A stretch of 64,000 nucleotides of DNA, taken from NCBI GenBank assembly GCA_964559685.1, contig CAZLHR010000004.1, forward strand, positions 15,389 to 79,388, given 5' to 3'. This document shows positions 18,985 to 29,622 of the stretch, one piece after another. Origin of the DNA: an uncultured Lishizhenia sp. GTDB lineage: Bacteria > Bacteroidota > Bacteroidia > Flavobacteriales_D > Crocinitomicaceae. Position 1 is the first letter of the stretch. Each line of letters opens with the position of its first letter. The notes beneath the pieces were generated by a model that was not told the origin of the DNA, did no database searches, and saw only the letters and a list, made by a program, of their open reading frames with translations. Position numbers and translations under genes: made by a program.

Positions 18985-19725
18985 ATGCAAAAAAATATTC
19001 TGTTGTTTTTATTCCTTTTGAGTTCAGTTTGCAAAGCACAGATTGTGGAACTTAATAGCATTTCAAAAAAAAAGGATGGATTAAAAGATACCTGTGTTGA
19101 AGTTTTTTACGAATCCACGAGCTATTTGGTTCAAAGAGACCTTTCTCTGAATCCTTTTTACAGTAATACTGAACTTGGCGAGAAAATAAATGAAACATCC
19201 AGAAGGTTGTTTTCTCATCAACTCGGAATTCGAGTTCCAATTACAAAGATAGTATCAGTAGACGCCGGAATCAGTTGGATTCAAAATGGTGAAAACTATT
19301 CATTTGAAGATCAACAATCAGATAGTTCGTTTAGTTACACCACTTGCTACCGTTATTTTGGTTTACCTGTAAATATTATGGCCTCTGTTCCTTTAAATCC
19401 AAAAAATGAAGCAACACTTATCAGCATATTCATTCGTGGAGGCGGAATTCCTCATTTATATCAATCTTTTTTGCAAAAAACAGAATGGACAACCACACTA
19501 GGATCGAAAGAATCGGAAAAAATAAAATCCTTGGATAATCCGAGTTCATTCATGTTTAGTGGACATATTTCAAGTGGTCTCGATTTATTGTCAAAAACAA
19601 AATGGGGATTAAGAATTGCCGTTCATTATCGGTATTCTCTAACGAATACATTTACAAAATATGGCGATTACATACATAAGCCATATGGACTAGGTTACAG
19701 CATGTCGATAACAAAAAAATTATAG
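18985..19725 (+). CDS. hypothetical outer-membrane beta-barrel-like protein
   Basis: Signal peptide (MQKNILLFLFLLSSVCKAQ), alternating amphipathic strands, and an aromatic-rich C-terminus. No specific family recognised. Confidence 0.45.
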   Translation: MQKNILLFLFLLSSVCKAQIVELNSISKKKDGLKDTCVEVFYESTSYLVQRDLSLNPFYSNTELGEKINETSRRLFSHQLGIRVPITKIVSVDAGISWIQNGENYSFEDQQSDSSFSYTTCYRYFGLPVNIMASVPLNPKNEATLISIFIRGGGIPHLYQSFLQKTEWTTTLGSKESEKIKSLDNPSSFMFSGHISSGLDLLSKTKWGLRIAVHYRYSLTNTFTKYGDYIHKPYGLGYSMSITKKL

Positions 19726-19727
19726 CC

Positions 19728-20822
19728 ATGAAAGTAGCAGATTTATGTGAATTTTTGGAATCCTCCTTTCCGCTTTCTCTTCAAGAAGAATATGACAATT
19801 CCGGTTTACTTGTCGGAGATAGAGATATGAACCTAAATAATGTGCTAATTTCTTTAGACCTTACCGAAGAAATAGTTCAGGAGGCGGTTCAGAAAAATTG
19901 CAATGTGATCGTTTCACATCATCCCATTATATTTAGAGGAATTAAAAATTTAGAACAACAGAATTTAGCAAATCGGGTTCTTATCCAATGTATACGACAA
20001 CATATTTCAGTATATGCTCTTCATACAAATCTCGACAATCATTTTCAAGGTGTAAATGCAAAAATTGCTCAAAAACTAAATCTCAAGAATACTAAAATTC
20101 TAGCTCCCAAGTCTGATCTTCTTGAAAAGCTTGTGGTTTATTTACCTGAAGATGCGCTGATTAAAATCGACAATGCAATTTTTGAAAATGGTGGTGGAAG
20201 AATTGGAAATTATTCGGCATGTCATTTTAGAAGTAAGGGTGTTGGAACCTTTATGCCAAATGAAGAAGCTAAACCTACAATTGGTGAAGCACTAGTGCGT
20301 GAAGAGGTAGACGAATACAGAGTTGAATATCTTGTTCCTATATCTGTAAAATCATCTGTTTCGAAAGCACTTTTTGCTGCGCATCCATACGAAGAAGTTG
20401 CTCACGAATGGATTAAAATACAAAATACTAATCAAGAAATAGGCTCTGGAATGATAGGTGAACTCGATGCTGATATTAACGTTAGTGAATTTCTACAATA
20501 CTTAAAAAAGGCATTCAATTGTGGAGCAATTAAATATACCAAACCACATAATGCTACCATTAAAAAAGTGGCGGTTTGTGGAGGATCCGGTAGTTTTCTT
20601 CTTTCTAAAGCTATTCAAGCAGGGGCAGATATTTTTATTAGTTCTGACTTTAAATACCACGATTTTTTCGAGGCAGATAACAAGATTATTATTGCCGATA
20701 TTGGTCATTTTGAAAGCGAACAATTTACAGGTGAATTAATTGCTGAAAAACTAAAAGAAAAATTTAGTACCTTTGCCATCCAATTAACTGAAATTAATAC
20801 GAATCCAATAAATTATCTATAG
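19728..20822 (+). CDS. Nif3-like dinuclear metal-centre protein
   Basis: 364 aa with VSHHPIIFRG, YALHTNLD, GGSG and the DIGHFESE motifs of the NIF3/YbgI family. Confidence 0.85.
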   Translation: MKVADLCEFLESSFPLSLQEEYDNSGLLVGDRDMNLNNVLISLDLTEEIVQEAVQKNCNVIVSHHPIIFRGIKNLEQQNLANRVLIQCIRQHISVYALHTNLDNHFQGVNAKIAQKLNLKNTKILAPKSDLLEKLVVYLPEDALIKIDNAIFENGGGRIGNYSACHFRSKGVGTFMPNEEAKPTIGEALVREEVDEYRVEYLVPISVKSSVSKALFAAHPYEEVAHEWIKIQNTNQEIGSGMIGELDADINVSEFLQYLKKAFNCGAIKYTKPHNATIKKVAVCGGSGSFLLSKAIQAGADIFISSDFKYHDFFEADNKIIIADIGHFESEQFTGELIAEKLKEKFSTFAIQLTEINTNPINYL

Positions 20823-20825
20823 TCA

Positions 20826-21620
20826 ATGGCAGCAACTGCAACAAAAAAAGAGACTACGGTAGCGGACAAATTAGACGCCCTTTTTAATCTTCAAAAAATT
20901 GATTCTGAAATCGATAGAATCAGAACTATTCGAGGAGAATTACCCTTAGAAGTCCAAGATTTAGAAGACGAAGTGAGCGGATTAACCACGCGCATCGGAA
21001 AAATCAATGATGAAATTAAAGATTTAGAAACTGAGATCAACGATAGAAAAATTGCTTCCAAGGATTCTGAAACGGCCATTGCAAAATATAAAGAGCAACA
21101 AAATAATGTGCGTAACAATCGTGAGTTTGAATCTCTAGCAAAAGAAATAGAATTTCAAGAACTAGAAATTAAGTTACATGAGAAAAAAAGTAAGGAAGCT
21201 AAGATTAAAATTGAGAACAAACAAGAAGTTCTCAACGAAGCACAAGAAAAGCTTGCTTCGAAGCAAGCTGATTTAGATGGAAAGAAAGTTGAATTGGATG
21301 CGATTATTAGCGAAACTCAAAAAGAAGAAGAGCAATTCCAAAAAGAATCTGATGCTGCAAAAAAGAACATTGAGGACAGATTAATAAGTGCATATGAGCG
21401 TTTGAGAGATAATGCTAAAAATGGACTTGCTGTCGTACAGGTTATGCGAGGGTCATGCGGAGGATGTTTCAATAAAATTCCACCTCAACGCCAACTTGAT
21501 ATTGTAACTAAAAAGAAAATTATAGTTTGCGAGCACTGTGGTAGAATTTTAGTTCCATTCGACGGAATCGAAGAAGTGAAAGAAGTTAAGACAGGAAGAA
21601 AAAAAGCATCTTCTAGATAG
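20826..21620 (+). CDS. coiled-coil C4 zinc-ribbon protein (COG1579-like, conserved Nif3 neighbour)
   Basis: Long coiled coil followed by CGGCFNKIPPQ...CEHCGRIL. It lies 3 nt downstream of nif3. Confidence 0.7.
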   Translation: MAATATKKETTVADKLDALFNLQKIDSEIDRIRTIRGELPLEVQDLEDEVSGLTTRIGKINDEIKDLETEINDRKIASKDSETAIAKYKEQQNNVRNNREFESLAKEIEFQELEIKLHEKKSKEAKIKIENKQEVLNEAQEKLASKQADLDGKKVELDAIISETQKEEEQFQKESDAAKKNIEDRLISAYERLRDNAKNGLAVVQVMRGSCGGCFNKIPPQRQLDIVTKKKIIVCEHCGRILVPFDGIEEVKEVKTGRKKASSR

Positions 21621-21637
21621 ACTGAGAAAATTGAAAT

Positions 21638-21667
21638 AAAAAAGACTGCTTTCCGCAGTCTTTTTTT
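21638..21667. terminator. bidirectional rho-independent terminator (zinc-ribbon gene / dnaE)
   Basis: aaaaaagactgc-tttcc-gcagtctttttt: a perfect GC-containing stem flanked by an A run and a T run, between convergent 3' ends. Confidence 0.65.
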
Positions 21668-21680
21668 GCTCTACAATTCT

Positions 21681-24600
21681 TTAATTTAACCGAAATTCCA
21701 AATCCATGGATGCTAACTCCTTGAATAGTTCTTTTGTTGGAGATATTCGGACTGAACGCGATGGCATGTTGATCTCTATGCCCTCATTCACATCGTAAAT
21801 AGTAAATTGAACTTGACAATTTCCAGAATTCTTCGTGAAAATTGTATTCAACTTGTCCAGTAACAACTGATCAACTTCCCGATTTGAAAGTTTAATAGAG
21901 ATTTGTTTTGTCTTCTTTTCTCTGAATTCGTTTAATAATTCAATGGAACTTATAACAAATTCTAATTCTGATCGATAACGAGGAATCTCTATTCTTCCTC
22001 TGATAACGATGAAAGTACCTAGTTCCATAAAATGCTTGAACTTTAGGTAGTTTTCCTTAAACAAGAACAGCTTAAAGGAATCGTTATAATCCTCGATTGT
22101 TATCGTTCCGAATGCATCTCCATTTTTAGTGATACGATGCTCGGCATCAGTCACAATCGCAGCTAAAATAATTTCTTTATTTGTATATTGTTTCATTTGT
22201 TGCAACATTCCGATCGACCCATTACAAAAGGAGGATATTTCTATTTTAAAGTCATCCAATGGGTGACCAGAAATAAATATTCCAATGACCTCTTTTTCTT
22301 TGTTTAGTTTATAGATACTTGGCCATTCATCGCACTTTGGAATCGTTGGTTCAACTGCGCTTACCTCCTCAGACATTTCAAACATACTATGTTGGGTAGA
22401 ATTATTATTTCCCTGGTGACTATTACCGTATCGAATTGCTGTTTCCAAGAAAAGTCTTCCACTTCCGTCTTGCACAAAATATTGAGCTCTGTGCATATTT
22501 TTAAAGGAATCAAATCCACCGGAATAAACCAAATTCTCAAGCACTCGCCTGTTACATGCACTCGAAGGAAGTCTTTTCGTTACATCGAAAATCGACGCGT
22601 AATTTCCATTTTCTAATCGCTCCTTGATAATCGTATCAACAGGCCCCTCACCTACTCCTTTTATTGCACCTAATCCAAAGCGAATTGCACCAGACTTTGT
22701 AACCGTAAATGCATAATTGGATTCATTAATATCTGGTCCCAACACATCAATTCCCATCCTTCGACATTCCTCCATAAAGAATGATACTTGTTTGATGTCA
22801 CTCATATTGTTACTCAGCACAGACGCCATATATTCAGCTGGGTAATTCGCCTTTAAATAGGCAGTTTGATAAGCAACCCATGCATAGCATGTTGAATGAG
22901 ATTTATTGAACGCGTATGATGCAAATGCTTCCCAATCCTTCCATATTTTCTCTAAAACCTCTGATGGATGTCCCTTCGCAGAGGCTCTTTCAATAAACGT
23001 AGGTTTCATTTTATCCAAAACCTTTCTATCCTTTTTCCCCATTGCTTTCCGTAAGGTATCAGCTTCACCCTTCGTAAAATCTGCCAGTTTTTGAGATAGA
23101 AGCATTACCTGCTCTTGGTAAACCGTAATACCATAAGTTTCTTTTAAATATTCTTCGCAATCCGCCAAATCATAAACAATTTGCTCTTCACCATGCTTTC
23201 GTCGACAAAATGACGGTATGTATTCCATTGGGCCTGGTCTATAAAGGGCATTCATGGCAATTAAATCTGCAAATTCCGTAGGCTTCAATTCTTTCAAATA
23301 CTTCTGCATCCCTGCAGATTCGTATTGGAATATTCCAACCGTTTCTCCTCGTTGAAACAAAGCGTAAGTCTTTTCATCGTCAATAGGAAAAGAATCAGGA
23401 TCGAGATCTAATTGATGAGCTTCTTTGACGAATTTTACAGCATCCTTAATCAAAGTGAGTGTTTTCAAACCGAGAAAGTCCATTTTTAGCAATCCCGCAG
23501 ATTCAGCAACAGCATTATCGTATTGAGTACAGACAAGATCAGAGTCTTTAGCAGTAGCTACGGGAACAAACTTTGTTAAATCATCTGGAGTTATTATAAC
23601 TCCACAGGCATGGATTCCCGTATTTCTTACCGAACCTTCTATCTCTTTTGCCTTTCGTAAAACTTCTCCTTGTAAATCATTTGATTGCGCAATCCGTCTT
23701 AATTCTTTTGCCGAAGCAACTGCTTCCTGATTTCGCAATTTATCGACCAAAACAGCTTCATCCAAGTTAAGTGTATCCTTTAACGATAAATCAGTGATCA
23801 TTTTTGCTAGACGATCCGCTTCTGGAAGAGGTAAATTCATAACCCTGGCAGTATCGCGAATGGCTGATTTCGCAGCCATCGTTCCATAGGTGATAATTTG
23901 CGCCACTTGGTTTGCTCCGTATTTATTTATTACATAATCAATAACTTTACCTCGGCCCTCATCATCAAAATCGATATCAATATCTGGCATTGAGACGCGA
24001 TCAGGATTAAGAAAACGCTCAAAAAGTAAATCATACTTTATTGGATCCACATTAGTTATACCCGTGCAATAGGCAACAACAGAACCCGCAGCAGAACCTC
24101 TTCCTGGTCCGACAGAAACACCCATATCACGTGCGGCTTGACAAAAATCTTGCACGATAAGAAAATATCCAGGATAACCTGTTCGCTCAATTGTGCCCAA
24201 CTCAAAATCTATTCGCTCTTGGATTTCAGGTGTTATTTCTTTGTAGCGTTTCTTCGCTCCCTCTATTGTCAAGTAGCGTAAATAATTGTTTTCACCTCTT
24301 TTGCCATCATCCGCTAAATCATTCTCATCATGGAATTCTGATGGGATCTCGAAAGCAGGAAGTAATACATCTCTTGATAGACCATACGATTCGCACTTCT
24401 TGATAATTTCACCGATACTAATGATTGACTCGGGTATATCCGAAAAGAGCTCCACCATTTCCTTTTTTGACTTAAAATAATAGTGGTCATTTTCTAAGCC
24501 ATATCGAAAACCTCTCCCCCTACCTTTTGGAGTTTCCACCAATTCATTGTCTTTTACACACAATAAAACATCATGTGCTAAAGCGTCATCTTTTGAAAGG

Positions 24601-26036
24601 TAATATGTGTTATTTGTTGCAACTAATTTAACTTGATGCTTTTTTGAAAAATCAATTAAGGTTGCATTAACACGATCTTCAACTTCTAAATAATGTCTAT
24701 TCAATTCTAGGTAAAAATCTTCTCCAAAAAGTGTTTTCCACCACACGAGTGCTTCTTCAGCTTGTCGTTCACCAACGTTTAAAATTAAATTTGGAATTTC
24801 TCCATACAAATTTCCGGATAATGCAATAAGATGACTTTTATGTTTTTCTAAAATCTCTTTATCAATTCGAGGTACATAATACATTCCCTCGGTATAGGCA
24901 ACAGATGCTAATTTGATAAGGTTTTCATATCCCTCTTTATTTTTTGCTAAAAGTATAATTTGGTACCCGTTATCTTTTTGAGTTTTATCGAGACGATTTT
25001 TACATAAATTAAACTCACAACCTATAATTGGCATCAGTTCTTTTTTCGAAAATGGAACACCATTTTCCTCCGCATCGCTTCTTTCTGCTGCAATTTTTTG
25101 ATTATAGGAAGATACGGCTTTTTCAAATTGAAATGCCGCCATCATATTTCCTGTATCAGTTATAGCAACAGCCTCCATTTCCAACTCAATAGCTTTATTC
25201 ACAAGAGCCTTTACGTCGGAGGTAGATTGTAATATAGAAAATTGTGTGTGGTTATGTAAATGACCAAATGGAAGGTCCAAGAGCGAGGATAAATCCGAGT
25301 CATTTACTTCGGTATTTTGCTCGTGTTTTTTGGCAGCCGGCCTTAACTTAGCACTTTCTTGTTTTAAGTTAACATGACTTAAACCAATCGGTGAGATTTG
25401 AACAGGGTTCTTTAATTTAAACGTTTCCAAGAAATCCTCTTTTTGTTGAAGAGCATCAGCTGGAAAAAATTCGCGCCTAATTAACTCAAGAAAACATCGC
25501 GTTGTTGCCTCAACATCGGCAGTTGCATTATGTGCCTCCTCAAACCCTTCATTGAATAAAAAGTAATTCAATTCCGTTAGTGATGGCAATTTAAATTTCC
25601 CTCCTTTTCCTCCAGGGAGTTTAAGTAATTCAGCAGTTTTTTCAGTACATGTATCTAAAATAGGATGACGAAAAGGAGCCTCCTCTTGCAACCTGTAAAA
25701 TTCACAACCTAAAACATTTAAATCAAATCCAACATTGTGACCAACAACAAAGGTTGCTTTTTGTAGACTTCTTTTAAACAAGTGCAACACATCTTCCAAT
25801 TCTTCGCCCACCATGTTAGCAAGTTCTGTTGAAATACCGTGAATATTCTCGGATTCAAAAGGTATATTAAAACCGTTAGGACGAATTACAAAATCTTTTT
25901 GTTCTACCAAAACTCCCCACTCATCGTGTAATTGCCAAGCAATTTGAACCACTCTCGGCCAATTTTCTGTATCACTAATGGGGGCATTGAAATTCTTCGG
26001 TAAACCCGTTGTTTCGGTATCAAAAATTAAATACAT
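21681..26036 (-). CDS. dnaE: DNA polymerase III alpha subunit (DnaE) with an N-terminal DEDDh 3'-5' exonuclease domain
   Basis: 1451 aa. Residues 1-190 carry Exo I (FDTETTG), Exo II (HNVGFD) and Exo III (HNATADVEA). These are followed by the PHP domain (HLHNHTQFSILQS), the polymerase core (...GLLKMDFLGLKTL...) and a C-terminal OB region. Confidence 0.9.
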   Translation of the reverse strand: MYLIFDTETTGLPKNFNAPISDTENWPRVVQIAWQLHDEWGVLVEQKDFVIRPNGFNIPFESENIHGISTELANMVGEELEDVLHLFKRSLQKATFVVGHNVGFDLNVLGCEFYRLQEEAPFRHPILDTCTEKTAELLKLPGGKGGKFKLPSLTELNYFLFNEGFEEAHNATADVEATTRCFLELIRREFFPADALQQKEDFLETFKLKNPVQISPIGLSHVNLKQESAKLRPAAKKHEQNTEVNDSDLSSLLDLPFGHLHNHTQFSILQSTSDVKALVNKAIELEMEAVAITDTGNMMAAFQFEKAVSSYNQKIAAERSDAEENGVPFSKKELMPIIGCEFNLCKNRLDKTQKDNGYQIILLAKNKEGYENLIKLASVAYTEGMYYVPRIDKEILEKHKSHLIALSGNLYGEIPNLILNVGERQAEEALVWWKTLFGEDFYLELNRHYLEVEDRVNATLIDFSKKHQVKLVATNNTYYLSKDDALAHDVLLCVKDNELVETPKGRGRGFRYGLENDHYYFKSKKEMVELFSDIPESIISIGEIIKKCESYGLSRDVLLPAFEIPSEFHDENDLADDGKRGENNYLRYLTIEGAKKRYKEITPEIQERIDFELGTIERTGYPGYFLIVQDFCQAARDMGVSVGPGRGSAAGSVVAYCTGITNVDPIKYDLLFERFLNPDRVSMPDIDIDFDDEGRGKVIDYVINKYGANQVAQIITYGTMAAKSAIRDTARVMNLPLPEADRLAKMITDLSLKDTLNLDEAVLVDKLRNQEAVASAKELRRIAQSNDLQGEVLRKAKEIEGSVRNTGIHACGVIITPDDLTKFVPVATAKDSDLVCTQYDNAVAESAGLLKMDFLGLKTLTLIKDAVKFVKEAHQLDLDPDSFPIDDEKTYALFQRGETVGIFQYESAGMQKYLKELKPTEFADLIAMNALYRPGPMEYIPSFCRRKHGEEQIVYDLADCEEYLKETYGITVYQEQVMLLSQKLADFTKGEADTLRKAMGKKDRKVLDKMKPTFIERASAKGHPSEVLEKIWKDWEAFASYAFNKSHSTCYAWVAYQTAYLKANYPAEYMASVLSNNMSDIKQVSFFMEECRRMGIDVLGPDINESNYAFTVTKSGAIRFGLGAIKGVGEGPVDTIIKERLENGNYASIFDVTKRLPSSACNRRVLENLVYSGGFDSFKNMHRAQYFVQDGSGRLFLETAIRYGNSHQGNNNSTQHSMFEMSEEVSAVEPTIPKCDEWPSIYKLNKEKEVIGIFISGHPLDDFKIEISSFCNGSIGMLQQMKQYTNKEIILAAIVTDAEHRITKNGDAFGTITIEDYNDSFKLFLFKENYLKFKHFMELGTFIVIRGRIEIPRYRSELEFVISSIELLNEFREKKTKQISIKLSNREVDQLLLDKLNTIFTKNSGNCQVQFTIYDVNEGIEINMPSRSVRISPTKELFKELASMDLEFRLN

Positions 26037-26114
26037 GAGATATTATTATCAGAAATTTAAAGATAACAAATATTGTTTCTCAATTTATCAGTTGTGAATA
26101 ACTAAAAAGAGTTG

Positions 26115-28073
26115 CTACGAAAATAATATAAAGGTGAAAAAGGAAGCAGAATAGGCTAAAATTCCCATGAAAACAATTTGAATAATTGGCCATTTCCATG
26201 AGTTAGTCTCTCTTTTAACTACTGCCAATGTCGCCATACATTGCATAGCAAAAACATAAAATACCATTAAACTCATACCGGAGGCTAATGTGTACACAGG
26301 GGTACCGTCCGGTTTCAGTTCTTTTTTTAACCTGTCAATTAACCGTTCGTTATCCTCGCTTTCGTCATGCACTGCGTATATAGTTGCTAATGACCCGACA
26401 AAAACCTCACGTGCAGCAAAAGAAGTGATCAAAGAAATGCCAATTTTCCAATCATAACCCAAAGGTGCAATCACAGGTTCAAGACCTTTTCCCATAATTC
26501 CTATATAGGAATGTTCCAATTTGACGCTTGCAATTTGTTGCTCTTTTTCATCTTCAGAAAGTGAAGAAGATGCTAACGATTCTTCTCGTTTTTTCGCTTC
26601 AATTTCCATTGTGTTTCCCGGACCAAATGTAGCCATTGCCCAAAGAATGATTGAAATTGCCAGAATTACTTTTCCTGCATCGAGTGAAAATATTTTAACC
26701 TTTTCCCAAACGTTAATAAACACATTTTTCCAACGAGGAGATTTATAACTTGGAAGTTCTAAAAGTAAATATCCTGAAGATTTAATTTTTATAAGTTTAT
26801 TTAGTACGATAGCGACGAGCAAGGCCGATATAATTCCAAGTAAATAAAGGCCCATGAGCACAATTCCTTGTAAATTAAATAATCCTGCAACATCTTCGTT
26901 CGGTATTGTCAATGAAATTAATAAAGTGAATACAGGAATACGCGCACTGCAACTCATTAGTGGAGCAACTAAAATTGTAATCAAGCGCTCCTTCCAATCA
27001 GCAATTGTTCGAGTAGCCATAACCCCAGGGATGGCACAGGCCACACTAGACATCAGAGGAACCACACTTTTACCATTTAATCCAAATGGCCTCATCAATC
27101 TGTCCATTAAAAATACAACTCGCGCTAGATAGCCCGTTTCCTCCAAAACGGATAAAAAGAAAAACAAAAGAGCGATTTGAGGTATAAATACCACAACTCC
27201 CCCTATTCCAGGAATAATTCCTTGCGAAACCAAGTCATTAAACAAGCCCGATTGCATAGTAGTTCCAACCCATTCTGACAACTGACTAAATTTTAAATCA
27301 ATAAAATCCATGGGTATGACAGCGAAACTGAAAATAAATTGAAAAACTGCGAAAAGAATAGAAAGAAAAATCAAGTAGCCAAATACAGGATGTGTCAAGA
27401 TTTTATCAATTTTTTTAGTTCTCTCTTCAACAACAGGCTTGGATTTTAAAAAATGAGGGAGTTTCTCGTTTATCCAACCATATCTGATTTTAATTTCATT
27501 CTCCTGACTTTTTTTATCTTCAATTTTGGCTAACTCAAAGGAATCAATTATCGGAGAATAATTTGATGTTTCAATAGTCTTTTCTAGTGCCTCGAATATT
27601 CTTTCTTTACCTAACCCTACACGCGCATTCGTTTGCACGAATTTTACTCCCGGAAATGACTTTTCTAAATTGGGAACATCTATTGACAAGCCTCTCTTTT
27701 CCACTAAATCCCACATGTTTAAAAAAGCAACAATCGGAATTTTTAAGTCATAAAGTTGAGTTAAAAGCAGCAAATTTCTAGAAAGATTGGAACTATCCAA
27801 AACAACGCATGCGATATCCGGAAAATCAAGATGATATGGTTCATTTAACACATCGTACACGACTTGTTCGTCCTCACTATTTGGATAAACCGAATAAATC
27901 CCGGGGAAATCGATAATTTTAAACGTTTTTTCCGAACGCTTTATCAAGCCGTATTTCTTTTCTACGGTTACACCAGGAAAATTTCCTACGTGTTGATTTA
28001 ACCCTGTCAATACATTGAATAAAGAACTTTTTCCCGTATTCGGATTTCCAAAAAGTCCTATCTTTTGTTTCAT
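26115..28073 (-). CDS. feoB: ferrous iron transporter FeoB
   Basis: N-terminal G domain (GNPNTGKSSLFNVLTG, DFPG) followed by a polytopic membrane domain. Confidence 0.9.
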   Translation of the reverse strand: MKQKIGLFGNPNTGKSSLFNVLTGLNQHVGNFPGVTVEKKYGLIKRSEKTFKIIDFPGIYSVYPNSEDEQVVYDVLNEPYHLDFPDIACVVLDSSNLSRNLLLLTQLYDLKIPIVAFLNMWDLVEKRGLSIDVPNLEKSFPGVKFVQTNARVGLGKERIFEALEKTIETSNYSPIIDSFELAKIEDKKSQENEIKIRYGWINEKLPHFLKSKPVVEERTKKIDKILTHPVFGYLIFLSILFAVFQFIFSFAVIPMDFIDLKFSQLSEWVGTTMQSGLFNDLVSQGIIPGIGGVVVFIPQIALLFFFLSVLEETGYLARVVFLMDRLMRPFGLNGKSVVPLMSSVACAIPGVMATRTIADWKERLITILVAPLMSCSARIPVFTLLISLTIPNEDVAGLFNLQGIVLMGLYLLGIISALLVAIVLNKLIKIKSSGYLLLELPSYKSPRWKNVFINVWEKVKIFSLDAGKVILAISIILWAMATFGPGNTMEIEAKKREESLASSSLSEDEKEQQIASVKLEHSYIGIMGKGLEPVIAPLGYDWKIGISLITSFAAREVFVGSLATIYAVHDESEDNERLIDRLKKELKPDGTPVYTLASGMSLMVFYVFAMQCMATLAVVKRETNSWKWPIIQIVFMGILAYSASFFTFILFS

Positions 28074-28294
28074 ATCACTTGTGTTTTAACAAGACTCGCT
28101 TCATTTTTTCGAAGAGATAAAAGAGTACCATTCAACTCAATAGCAATTGGATCTCCAAAGGGCGCTTTGAACGCAACGGATAACTCTGCTCCTTCAATAA
28201 GGCCCATTTCTGCCATTTTTGCACTTAAGGATGATGGTAACACCTCTAAAATAACCGCCTTGTTACCTAACTCAAGATCTAATAATGTAGACAC
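28070..28294 (-). CDS. feoA: FeoA-family ferrous iron transport protein (GTG start)
   Basis: 74 aa SH3-like protein (LGLIEGAELSV...FGDPIAIEL). It overlaps feoB by 4 nt. Confidence 0.8.
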   Translation of the reverse strand: MSTLLDLELGNKAVILEVLPSSLSAKMAEMGLIEGAELSVAFKAPFGDPIAIELNGTLLSLRKNEASLVKTQVI

Positions 28295-28344
28295 AGGGTA
28301 AAATTAATAGGAATAGAAGAATTCACACTACCTTAAAGTAGGTA

Positions 28345-29622
28345 TTATTTATTTTTTTTCACAACGAAACGAGCCGTTTGTCGCGTTCTTTGTTGAACTA
28401 ATATTTCTTTATTTGCGGTGACTTTCTGAATCGTTGATTCATCATAATGACGAATAGTGATCAATTCCAATCCCTCGTTATATTTCACATGATAACTATC
28501 ACTAAACATTTGTAAAACATCTTCTGGATTAACTTTCTTTCTGTCAAGAAGTATCGAAAAACTCAATGCTGAGTTCTGCATCATATTAATCTTCGCATTC
28601 GCATTCGCTAAACGCTTGAAAATATCGCTTAAATTTTCTTCCACGAGAAAAGAAAAATCCTTTGGTGTAATGGTGTATAATACTTGGTCGAATTTTAAGA
28701 TATAAGAAGGTACTAAACTATCAAAATCACTTTTTTCTTGAATAACAGTTCCGTTTTCCTCGGGCTTGATAAACGACTTCACATAAAGTGGTATATTTCT
28801 GTTCTGGAGAGGTTTAACCGTTTTAGGATGAATAACACTTGCGCCATAATAGGAAAGTTCAATTGCTTCTTTGAAGGAGATTTGTTTCAATAAAACTGTA
28901 TCATCAAAAAGTTTTGGATCAGCATTTAGCATTCCAGGAACATCCTTCCAAATCGTCACACCTTCAGCCTTGAGGCAATATGCAAATATTCCCGCAGTAT
29001 AGTCCGAACCCTCTCTCCCTAGCGTAGTTGTCATTCCTTCGGGGGTATGACCTAAAAATCCTTGTGTTACTAGAATTTTATTTTGTGTGAAAAGTGGTTC
29101 CACATTTCCTTGAATCAATTCTTCGGTTTTTTTCCAATCAACATTTCCTTCTTGGTAATTATTGTCAGTTCTTACCAAGGAACGTGCATCAAGCCAAACA
29201 GACGAAAATCCCCTCTCGACGAAGTAAGCGTTAATCACATGAGTTGACAGAACTTCTCCTAAAGAAACAATTTGGTCGTATTCAAATGAAAAATTTTCTG
29301 AGAACGGTTTTTTAAATCTTAATTTTAATTGATCGAAAATATCTTCGATGATTCCGTAGATTTTAAAGTGTCTATCTGAAAATAATGACTGAAGGATTTG
29401 AAAATGAAAATCTTCGAGCTCATGAACCAATCGCATAAAGATATGTTCATCTCCTCGTTGATAAGCAGAAACGACCTCCTCGAGTTTATTGGTTGTTTTT
29501 CCCATGGCCGACACAATTACTAACAGTTTATCTTTAGGGTACTGTGATAAAATAGAGGCAACATTTTGAATGGCAGAAGGGTCTTTTACTGAAGCTCCTC
29601 CAAATTTGAATACTTTAACCAT
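28345..29622 (-). CDS. lysC: aspartate kinase
   Basis: KFGGASV, TLGREGSDYTA and C-terminal ACT-like repeats. It starts directly after the gpsA stop. Confidence 0.85.
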   Translation of the reverse strand: MVKVFKFGGASVKDPSAIQNVASILSQYPKDKLLVIVSAMGKTTNKLEEVVSAYQRGDEHIFMRLVHELEDFHFQILQSLFSDRHFKIYGIIEDIFDQLKLRFKKPFSENFSFEYDQIVSLGEVLSTHVINAYFVERGFSSVWLDARSLVRTDNNYQEGNVDWKKTEELIQGNVEPLFTQNKILVTQGFLGHTPEGMTTTLGREGSDYTAGIFAYCLKAEGVTIWKDVPGMLNADPKLFDDTVLLKQISFKEAIELSYYGASVIHPKTVKPLQNRNIPLYVKSFIKPEENGTVIQEKSDFDSLVPSYILKFDQVLYTITPKDFSFLVEENLSDIFKRLANANAKINMMQNSALSFSILLDRKKVNPEDVLQMFSDSYHVKYNEGLELITIRHYDESTIQKVTANKEILVQQRTRQTARFVVKKNK

